The notes under the pieces are model-generated. The model did not search any database. It saw only the letters and a list, made by a program, of their open reading frames with translations, and was not told the DNA's origin. This document shows, piece by piece, positions 1 through 7,512 of a DNA stretch of 64,000 nucleotides. A program made the translations under genes and the position numbers. Position 1 is the stretch's first letter, and each line of letters starts with the position of its first letter. The DNA is from Candidatus Kapaibacterium sp. (lineage in GTDB: Bacteria > Bacteroidota > Ignavibacteria > Kapaibacteriales > UBA2268): positions 3,144,323-3,208,322 of the forward strand of contig OY762428.1 in assembly GCA_963665665.1 (NCBI GenBank). Direction: 5' to 3'.

Positions 1-36
1 CGTGCCGGAACTTCGATAAGTGATACCGTTAAAGTC

Positions 37-903
37 ATGAATACATCGGACAAGAACCTGACGATTAATGGCATTGAAATGCAAAACGGAAGTAAATTCT
101 TTATTAAAAACAGCCAGGATTATGTTGGCCTTGCTTTCAACTCCGGAACTGATGTTGATATTATTATTGATTACATCGCTCCTCTTGAGGACATGAAATC
201 TGATGATATCGATACGCTGATAGTTCACACGGTTTGCTTCGAGTACAAGTATCAGATATCCGCCTCGGCTTTGATTAATAATATCATGGTGGAAGATTTT
301 GATTTTGGCAAACATGAAGTTAATACAAGCGTTTGCATAGAGGATATAAATAACGACGGACTGAAAATCACAAACTCCGGCGAATGGCCCCTTCTTCTGA
401 AATCCCTTGAAGGCGCTGCCGATCCGTTCTTTGTTGAAATTAATTCTCCATCTTTGCCAAAAGTACTTGAACCTGGTGAGGAAATATATTTCAAATCAAT
501 ATGCTTCTTCCCTAAGGACAGCGGCAGTTTCAGCGCCGAACTAACGTTTACATCCGATGCTATGAGCGGCGACAGTGTTATCAGCCTTACCGGGCTTGCA
601 TTCAAAGTAGATACTACAGGTATTATAGATAATCCTGCCGGCAGCTCCGATATCAGTGTTATCTCTATGCCTGTGTATTCAGATATTCTTGAAATTGGTT
701 TGCCTGAAATACCGGCAGGCGAGATCAACTTGTCAATATTCAACATAAACGGAATAAACACCGGCATTAACAGGAAAGTCATGATTCAGGATTCGCGTCA
801 GGCTGTAAATATCAACACCGGGAAACTTCCCGACGGAGTTTATATTATTCAGGTTTCTGCCGGATCGAGAACATATACTGCCAGATTTATAAGATTGAGA
901 TAG
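37..903 (+). CDS. Secreted protein with type-A T9SS C-terminal sorting domain. The N-terminus may continue upstream of the window, because no in-frame stop lies before the first ATG.
   Basis: C-terminal ~80 aa (INLSIFNINGINTG...GKLPDGVYIIQVSAGSRTYTARFIRLR) matches the Por_Secre_tail pattern seen on other cargo in this window. Confidence 0.5.
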   Translation: MNTSDKNLTINGIEMQNGSKFFIKNSQDYVGLAFNSGTDVDIIIDYIAPLEDMKSDDIDTLIVHTVCFEYKYQISASALINNIMVEDFDFGKHEVNTSVCIEDINNDGLKITNSGEWPLLLKSLEGAADPFFVEINSPSLPKVLEPGEEIYFKSICFFPKDSGSFSAELTFTSDAMSGDSVISLTGLAFKVDTTGIIDNPAGSSDISVISMPVYSDILEIGLPEIPAGEINLSIFNINGINTGINRKVMIQDSRQAVNINTGKLPDGVYIIQVSAGSRTYTARFIRLR

Positions 904-1099
904 TTTTTTTTATATGCGGATTTTCATAAACTCATCGGGTAACTAATTGTAAGCCGATGAGTTTTTTTATTTTTAGCAAAATGAAGATTCCGAAAGCACA
1001 GGGGATTGCTGCTAAAGCATGAACCATTGCCATGAATACAAAAACACAAGCTTAAGATTTTGCCTGAGCTTGTGTTTAAAATGGGAATTTATAAAGATA

Positions 1100-1966
1100 T
1101 TATAGTTTCTTCAAAGCCATCGAAATATTTTTTATTCCTTCGAAAGCCGGCAGAGGCAGGGAAATATTACCTGCCGGAACATCGGATTCTCTCGGGTTTA
1201 TCCTGATCAGCTTTGCATTTCGGCGTATGGAAGAAGATTCTGACTGATAGCGAACCGTAGGAACTGCTTTGCCGGCGCCAATTTCAATTATAACAAGTTT
1301 TTTGCCCTTTAATGAATCGAGCCAGTCATACATCCTTTTTTCCTGGAGGTCCGAACGGTATGAAAGCCAGCTCCAATCGCCAAACATGAGAATATTTGGC
1401 CTTGCCAGTGCGCCGCAATGCGGACATTTTGGCAGCGGGTCGGCTGCGAGCATAGTACTTTCGTCTACGTCGATATTTATATCATCGCCCCGCCATATTT
1501 CCTTGGTGCATGGTTCCGAACACTGAAAACTATGAATGGAACCGTGGCATTCCACTATTTTCTCCCTGTCGAAGCCTGCTTTCTGAAATTGTCCGTCAAC
1601 ATTGGATGTAAATGCAAAGTAACCATCAGGTTTTTTATCGCAAATCTCTCTTAATATTCTGAAACCGTCATGCGGGTTGGTATCCCTGTATAAATGCAAC
1701 CTGTGGCCGTAGAAACCCCATGCCAGGTTCGGATTTGTTTTGAACCACCTGGGATTGGCCATTTTCGTGAAAGAAATTCCTGCTTTCTCGAGTGGTGGGT
1801 ATGCTTTCCAGAATCCTTCATCACCCCTGAAATCGGGCAGGCCCGAATCAACACCGATTCCTGCACCGGCAAGAACAAACAAAGCGTCAGCCTGTTTGAT
1901 TTCGCGGGCAGCTTCTTCAATAACACCCTGTATATTCATTTGGCCCTCCGAAAATAGTAGTTTCAA
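1100..1966 (-). CDS. NAD-dependent protein deacylase, sirtuin (SIR2) family
   Basis: GAGIGVDSGLPDFRG Rossmann/NAD motif, catalytic HG, and a CSEPC...CPHC zinc tetrad. Length is typical of a standalone sirtuin. Confidence 0.8.
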   Translation of the reverse strand: MKLLFSEGQMNIQGVIEEAAREIKQADALFVLAGAGIGVDSGLPDFRGDEGFWKAYPPLEKAGISFTKMANPRWFKTNPNLAWGFYGHRLHLYRDTNPHDGFRILREICDKKPDGYFAFTSNVDGQFQKAGFDREKIVECHGSIHSFQCSEPCTKEIWRGDDINIDVDESTMLAADPLPKCPHCGALARPNILMFGDWSWLSYRSDLQEKRMYDWLDSLKGKKLVIIEIGAGKAVPTVRYQSESSSIRRNAKLIRINPRESDVPAGNISLPLPAFEGIKNISMALKKL

Positions 1967-2360
1967 TAAAAGATAAAAATCAAGTAATCAATGTTCGTGT
2001 TCCCGGGGCTGCCATCACAATTTTAACAAATAATCATTTCGCCTGTAAAATAATACTGAAAAAAATAATATTATAAAAGACTTATTTTTTTGAATATTAG
2101 TGAATATGATAGGATTATCTATCAATTTTTTGGTTTCCACCTTTAAAATCATTGATGTATAAAAACTTAATAATATTAGGCAATCCAAAGAAAAAAATTA
2201 CTATGTAACCATAATGTTGTAGAAATTTAAAATCAAAGCCGGGATTAATTTTAATGAATTAAATTTGCTGACATGAGCCCAAAAACAGAATTGTTTTGAT
2301 ACAAACAATTAAAATGCTAAATTCCGTTCGGAACATAATAACAACCTGCGATATTGAAAA

Positions 2361-3287
2361 ATGACTGAAACAAAATTATTTAAAGAAATTGCTGCGCTGG
2401 AAACAGAGCAGAGAAATCCAGTATCATCGAATATTGATAAAGCTTCTACAAGAGAAATTCTTGAAATAATTAATTCCCAGGATATGCTGGTGTCAAGAGC
2501 TGTTAGTGCCGAAATTGAGAATATTGGCAAAGCCGTGGACGGAATTGTTGATGCTTTCAGGGCAGGAGGGCGACTGTTCTATTTTGGCGCGGGTACCAGC
2601 GGAAGGCTCGGGGTGGTTGATGCATCCGAATGCCCGCCAACATTCGGAACTGACCCCGAAATGGTACAGGGAATTATCGCAGGCGGCAGAGAGGCTATGT
2701 TCGTTGCACAGGAGGGGGCAGAGGATTCCGAAGAAAACGGCGGAAATGAACTTGAGGAACGTGGAATTGACAAACCGGACGTTGTTTGCGGAATTGCCGC
2801 TTCCGGCAGGACGCCCTTTGTGAAAGGAGCCGTGAACGGCGCCAAGGAAAAGGGAATTTTCACAATAATGATATCCACGGTGCCAAGGCACAAAGTAATT
2901 TCCCTCGGGATAAATGCCGATGTTTATATATGTCCGGATGTAGGCCCGGAAGTTATCACAGGCTCAACAAGAATGAAATCCGGAACAGCGCAGAAAATGG
3001 TACTCAATATGCTTACAACAGCGGCAATGGTTCGAATGGGGAAAACTCACGGAAATATTATGGTTGACCTTCAGCTGACAAATGCCAAGCTTGTGGAAAG
3101 AGCGAAGAAGACAATAATGACGATTTGCAATGTTGATTACGCTACTGCCGGGGATCTGCTTGAGAAATCCCAAGGGCATGTAAAATCAGCCCTTGTAATG
3201 TCTCTTGGGGGAGTTGACTATAACAAAGCAAAGGAGTTGCTGATAAAAGCCAAAGGATTTGTCCGGGTGGCTATTGATATGGCCTGA
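2361..3287 (+). CDS. murQ: N-acetylmuramic acid 6-phosphate etherase (SIS domain)
   Basis: RLFYFGAGTSGRLGVVDASECPPTFG SIS motif; the N-terminal LETEQRNP...ILEIINSQD stretch is characteristic of MurQ; 308 aa. Confidence 0.85.
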   Translation: MTETKLFKEIAALETEQRNPVSSNIDKASTREILEIINSQDMLVSRAVSAEIENIGKAVDGIVDAFRAGGRLFYFGAGTSGRLGVVDASECPPTFGTDPEMVQGIIAGGREAMFVAQEGAEDSEENGGNELEERGIDKPDVVCGIAASGRTPFVKGAVNGAKEKGIFTIMISTVPRHKVISLGINADVYICPDVGPEVITGSTRMKSGTAQKMVLNMLTTAAMVRMGKTHGNIMVDLQLTNAKLVERAKKTIMTICNVDYATAGDLLEKSQGHVKSALVMSLGGVDYNKAKELLIKAKGFVRVAIDMA

Positions 3288-3343
3288 TAGGCAATCAATA
3301 TTCAGGCCCAGTTATAAAATTTTGCAAAAAGCAATAACAGGTA

Positions 3344-4015
3344 TTACCTGCCTTCAACTACCAAAATTTCCACTCTCCTGTTTTTTCTTCTGCCTTGTTC
3401 CGTATCATTTCTGGCAAGAGGGTTTGTTGCCCCACGGCCTGTAGAAAGGATAAGTCGCCTGCTTAACCCTTTACTTAACAGATAATTTACAACATTTTCA
3501 GCTCTGCTTTGGGATAATCTGAAATTTTTAGAAGTTGATAATGTATTATCAGAATATCCGACGATTCTAATTTCATATCCCTCGTTGGCTTTACAGAATT
3601 CAATAATTTTATCTAAGTATTCGATCAGTGCCGGGTACATATCAGTATCTTCAGTCTTTTGATATGGAAATTTCTCGGTTTTTTCGATAATAAGTGTGTC
3701 GGGTGTTTTGATCTCAGTTTCTACTAATGGATATTCTGTAATTTCTCCGTCAATCATTTCTTTGCTGGGGGATGAACTTAATACCATCGCCACAGGTTCT
3801 GACTTATGAATATGAGGCATTCTACTGTCTTCACCTGTTTCAGGCGGCTCCAACAGTTTTATTGAAGTATCTGCTTCTTTCTTTTCATTATCGGCGGTTT
3901 CAGGCGGCTCCAACAATTTTATTGAAGCATCTGCTTCTTTCTTTTCATTATCGGCAGTTTTGCATGATGAAAGAACTAAGATAGAAAGTATGATTAACGT
4001 CAATATTTGTCTCAT
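3344..4015 (-). CDS. OmpA/Pal-like C-terminal domain lipoprotein with an internal 20-aa tandem repeat
   Basis: Lipobox LSSCKT; C-terminal OmpA_C-like segment (RIVGYSDN...TGRGATNPLARNDTEQGRRKNRRVEILV); repeated ADNEKKEAD.SIKLLEPPET. Confidence 0.65.
   Translation of the reverse strand: MRQILTLIILSILVLSSCKTADNEKKEADASIKLLEPPETADNEKKEADTSIKLLEPPETGEDSRMPHIHKSEPVAMVLSSSPSKEMIDGEITEYPLVETEIKTPDTLIIEKTEKFPYQKTEDTDMYPALIEYLDKIIEFCKANEGYEIRIVGYSDNTLSTSKNFRLSQSRAENVVNYLLSKGLSRRLILSTGRGATNPLARNDTEQGRRKNRRVEILVVEGR
3841..3960. repeat. Two tandem 60-bp copies with 3 mismatches, in frame within the OmpA-like gene
   Basis: 3841-3900 and 3901-3960 are near-identical (caggcggctccaaca.ttttattgaag.atctgcttctttcttttcattatcggc.gttt). 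Confidence 0.9.
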
Positions 4016-4082
4016 TATAATATTCTCTGATTAATTGATAGTAAAAAGCCACTTTATAATTAATGTCATTATCAGAAACACC

Positions 4083-4595
4083 TTAATTTTTCATCACTAA
4101 AATTTCCACTCTTCGGTTTTTTCTTCTGCCTTCTTCGTTGTTATTTTTTGCTATAGGCTGAATTGGCCCCCTTCCTGTAGATAATATGTGCTTTTTGCTT
4201 ATTCCTTTGCTTATTAGATAATCCGTTACTTTTTTTGCTCTTATCTTCGATATTTCATAATTTTTTTCCATTGATAACGAGTTGTCGGAATGTCCGATTA
4301 TCCTGATTGTATATCCGTGGTTTGTTTGCAGGAAGCCGGCTACTTTATCTAAATATTCGATCAGAGAGTCATAAAGGTTACTGTCCTCAGGTTTATCATA
4401 ATAGAAAATTTCAATTTTTCCGATAACAATTGGAAGTGGCATTGTGATTTCAGCAGACTTTTGTGAAACGGGTTTTTCGCTGATATTATCCAGTTTTTTT
4501 ACTTCGCTGCCGGAATGGCTGCTATCTGATTCTGTAGTCTTGCATGATGTAAGTATCAAAACCGTAAGTAATATTAAGGTGGAAATATATTTCAT
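4083..4595 (-). CDS. OmpA/Pal-like C-terminal domain lipoprotein, paralog of the upstream gene
   Basis: Lipobox LTSCKT; C-terminal TIRIIGHSDN...TGRGPIQPIAKNNNEEGRRKNRRVEILV is very similar to 3344..4015. Confidence 0.65.
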   Translation of the reverse strand: MKYISTLILLTVLILTSCKTTESDSSHSGSEVKKLDNISEKPVSQKSAEITMPLPIVIGKIEIFYYDKPEDSNLYDSLIEYLDKVAGFLQTNHGYTIRIIGHSDNSLSMEKNYEISKIRAKKVTDYLISKGISKKHILSTGRGPIQPIAKNNNEEGRRKNRRVEILVMKN

Positions 4596-4683
4596 GTTCT
4601 TATCCCGGTAAATTCAATATCATGATTTTTAGTAATATAAATATCATTAAAATAATATACAAACAAAGATTTGCAATTTTTTA

Positions 4684-5691
4684 TCAACTCCATTTTGATT
4701 CAAACCACAAATAGGCCTTAGGATTGGTCATTTCAGGTGTAAAAGTAAATTTAAAATGGTGAAATCCCATAAATGTTTCTATCAATCTGATTTTTTGGTT
4801 TCCGCTAACAAGGTTTATTTCATTGTCGTGGTAAACAGGTTCCGGAATCATGGGAATAATCCCTGCAATATTATCAATTAGAAGGTTGCTGCTGATCATT
4901 TTATCGATTAGAATCTCGGTTTTTCTTTTCTGGATAAAATCAAAACTGTTATTGATAAAACATTCCACCCCGATTCTGTCCGATAGATTTCCGCCAACAA
5001 TGCTAAGCTGCAATGAAAATACATCGAAAAATTTATTATATAAAGAAACAAATTGTAACAGATTATCTATTCCGGTTTCGGAATATCCTGACAGGGTTAG
5101 AAAACTTTTAATATTCCCGGGATTAACCGAAGATATTAAAAGCCTGACTGCGTTGTTTTTACGGCCAAGCATTATGCCAATGCAATTCAGATTAGATTCC
5201 GGGGGCATAGCTGATACTATCGTTGATATTTGCTGAATGGTATTGGGATTGATTTCAGAACTTTCTTTTCCCATGGCTTTGCTTATGGCAGTGAAATAGT
5301 CCTTTGTTATATTGAAATTTTCCTGGTTTATACCCCAGAAATATGAAGGGTAAGGCACAAAATCATTCTTTCCGGTATCGTATTCATACCAGGTGAAATC
5401 AATATGATCCTTAAGTTCACTTGAAAAAAGTAAATTTGCTTTCAGATCAGTGTGTTTTGCGATATTATCTGAATGAAGAAGATTAACGGAGTTCCTGCCC
5501 AGCTTTGATAAAGATAATAGAAGGTCAGCCCCCGGAGTGCTAATATTGCATGGGAATTCAAAACCCGATAAAAAATATGCTAATTCGGCAGGTAAGCGGG
5601 AAGATAAATCAAATATTGCTTTTCTGCTTTTTGAAGAAATTGTATTGCAAATCCGCCGGAGAGGCGCTTCTATGTAGTCCGAAAGAACCAT
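4684..5691 (-). CDS. Hypothetical cytoplasmic protein (335 aa, no recognisable motifs), divergently transcribed from the Gly-rich peptide genes
   Basis: Long uninterrupted ORF with no signal peptide; a 155-bp AT-rich divergent intergenic region is shared with 5846..6307. Confidence 0.5.
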   Translation of the reverse strand: MVLSDYIEAPLRRICNTISSKSRKAIFDLSSRLPAELAYFLSGFEFPCNISTPGADLLLSLSKLGRNSVNLLHSDNIAKHTDLKANLLFSSELKDHIDFTWYEYDTGKNDFVPYPSYFWGINQENFNITKDYFTAISKAMGKESSEINPNTIQQISTIVSAMPPESNLNCIGIMLGRKNNAVRLLISSVNPGNIKSFLTLSGYSETGIDNLLQFVSLYNKFFDVFSLQLSIVGGNLSDRIGVECFINNSFDFIQKRKTEILIDKMISSNLLIDNIAGIIPMIPEPVYHDNEINLVSGNQKIRLIETFMGFHHFKFTFTPEMTNPKAYLWFESKWS

Positions 5692-5845
5692 AATTATTCA
5701 TTTCCAAAATTTTTTTTAGCTTAAATTAAAAATTTTCGTGATTTTTTTTACATTTTTCTTTATATTATTAAAAGTTAAACTGAATATAAAATCCGAAAGA
5801 CTATACTTTTGAAATTCCATTTACTAACAATCACGAGAGGATACA

Positions 5846-6307
5846 ATGGCAAAAATTGAATTCAAAGACCTCGAACAGAATGCAGAACTTGATGCCGATG
5901 CAATGAAAAAAGTTGTAGGCGCAGGCCTTTACGACAAATCAACCGGTGTATATGGAAATACCGGACATAAGCATGGCGGTGATGCTACAAATCAGGGCGA
6001 TCAGGCCGGCGGAGCCGGTGGAGCCGGTGGAAGTTCGCGGGGTTCAACCTGGGGCTGGAACCAGGGCGGCGGCGGCGGAAGCGCATCGCAATCTGCCGGT
6101 GGCGGCGGCGGTGGCTGGCTTAGTGCCGGCGGCGGCGGTTCCATTACTAATTCCAATGCTACAGGCGGAGCCGGTGGTGGTGTAACTGATATTGGCGCTG
6201 TAGGCGGTGCCGGCGGTGCCGGTGGCGCTGCTGTAGGAGCTATGGGCGGTGCTGTATCAGACCAGATTACTAATTCTGTCAGCATCCCGGTAACTATGAA
6301 TATCTAA
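5846..6307 (+). CDS. Glycine-rich peptide precursor with a double-glycine-type leader (bacteriocin/microcin-like)
   Basis: Leader MAKIEFKDLEQNAELDADAMKKVVGAG, then a ~125-aa core (about one third Gly, plus Ser/Thr/Asn/Ala, no Cys). The C-terminal SIPVTMNI is shared with 6898..7317. RBS-like gagagga lies upstream. Confidence 0.6.
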   Translation: MAKIEFKDLEQNAELDADAMKKVVGAGLYDKSTGVYGNTGHKHGGDATNQGDQAGGAGGAGGSSRGSTWGWNQGGGGGSASQSAGGGGGGWLSAGGGGSITNSNATGGAGGGVTDIGAVGGAGGAGGAAVGAMGGAVSDQITNSVSIPVTMNI

Positions 6308-6378
6308 GTTCATTTAAAGATGATTTTTTATACCCGGGATATTAGTATTCCGGGTTTATTTTTTTAACTGGAAAAAAA

Positions 6379-6867
6379 ATGGTAAGAATTATAGCAATCA
6401 TTGTATTACTGGCAATTACAGTTCTTGCTTGTGATGATGACAGTACATCGGCGAAGCCAACAGGGCAGGATACTTTAATAGCAACAATCAGCGGTTCAAA
6501 AGTTCTTGAATTTTCAGCACAGGGAGTGAACGTGAATATTTACCCTCAGGATGGTTTTGATCTTGCGCTATATTCCGGAACCATGATTGAAAATACAAGC
6601 CATATTTATTCTGTTTATTTTGCTCTTATCGACAGTAGTGATACTTACACTTTCGATTTGGCCGGCAGCGAAGGTTTTACCCGTTTTGAATATGATATAG
6701 GTATGGCCGGGGCAATTGTTTATGGCGACAGCATAAGTGGAAAAGTGGTTGTTTCTGAAGTTACAAAAGATTATATTAAAGGCAGTTTTGATTTCGAGGC
6801 GGTTAATAATAACGGTTCCGGAAAAGTAAGCATAACAAACGGCTATTTTGTTCGTTATAAAAATTAA
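6379..6867 (+). CDS. Small lipoprotein (162 aa) between the two Gly-rich precursor genes; candidate immunity or accessory protein
   Basis: Signal peptide plus lipobox (ITVLAC-DDD); no catalytic motifs. Confidence 0.5.
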   Translation: MVRIIAIIVLLAITVLACDDDSTSAKPTGQDTLIATISGSKVLEFSAQGVNVNIYPQDGFDLALYSGTMIENTSHIYSVYFALIDSSDTYTFDLAGSEGFTRFEYDIGMAGAIVYGDSISGKVVVSEVTKDYIKGSFDFEAVNNNGSGKVSITNGYFVRYKN

Positions 6868-6897
6868 ATACATTGAAAAACCTGAAGCGGAGTATAT

Positions 6898-7317
6898 ATG
6901 GCTAAGATTTCTCTTCACGACCTTGACCACAAGAAAGAAATAAGCAGCGAGGAAGCCGACAGTATTATCGGAGGAAGCAATAACTATGGCATGGCTGCCA
7001 ATACAGGAAGCAAAACCGGCGGGAATGCAACTAATAACGGCGATATTGCCGGAGGCGCAGGAGGGGGCGGAGGAAGCGCCACAGGTAATACTTATGGCAA
7101 CAACACGGCCGGATTTGGCGGATCGGCTAACCAATGGACTCCGTTTGGTTCAATTGCCGGATCGAATGTAACCGGCGGTGCTGGCGGTTCTGTAACAAAC
7201 ATTGGTGCCAAAGCCGGAGACGGTGGTGCGGGCGGAAATGCCGTGGGTGCTGAAGGCGGGGCTGTAACTGACAATATTATCACTGAGATAAATATTCCGG
7301 TAACGATGAATATTTAA
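6898..7317 (+). CDS. Glycine-rich peptide precursor with a canonical double-glycine leader, paralog of 5846..6307
   Basis: Leader MAKISLHDLDHKKEISSEEADSIIGG fits the LSxxELxxIxGG consensus. Gly/Asn/Ser/Thr/Ala-rich core and a C-terminal NIPVTMNI identical in its last 6 residues to the paralog. Confidence 0.65.
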   Translation: MAKISLHDLDHKKEISSEEADSIIGGSNNYGMAANTGSKTGGNATNNGDIAGGAGGGGGSATGNTYGNNTAGFGGSANQWTPFGSIAGSNVTGGAGGSVTNIGAKAGDGGAGGNAVGAEGGAVTDNIITEINIPVTMNI

Positions 7318-7512
7318 AATATTATAACTTAGACGTGATTGTTTTTAAGTATTTCAAATTTCCTGTCGATTAATTCATAAAATGGGCATTTGCAAGGAGT
7401 GTCCTGCTATGGATAATAATTATATTCCAATGAAACATTAGCCTGATAGTATCGTATAATAACCACCCGTCCGTTTTTAGTTATTTGTTTGGTTTAATTT
7501 GTCAGGTTATTT

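Noticed and set aside
1269-1976. Several 78-91-aa ORFs on both strands overlapping the sirtuin gene
   Set aside because: They are entirely embedded in or antisense to a well-supported 288-aa sirtuin ORF, with no motifs and no RBS; they are by-products of the coding strand.
3772-3984. 70-aa plus-strand ORF with an internal duplicated peptide
   Set aside because: It is antisense to the OmpA-like lipoprotein gene, and its repeat is simply the reverse reading of the 60-bp tandem repeat.
5946-6285. 79-aa (+) and 94-aa (-) ORFs encoding Ala/Val/Pro-rich (PPAPPAPP) products
   Set aside because: They are alternate-frame readings of the (GGN)n repeat in the Gly-rich precursor gene. The precursor frame has a start codon, an RBS and a conserved leader; these do not.
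6568-7134. 188-aa minus-strand ORF spanning the lipoprotein gene and the second precursor gene
   Set aside because: It crosses an intergenic spacer and two plus-strand genes with clear signals. Its Ile/Ser-rich low-complexity composition is typical of antisense readings of AT-rich coding DNA.
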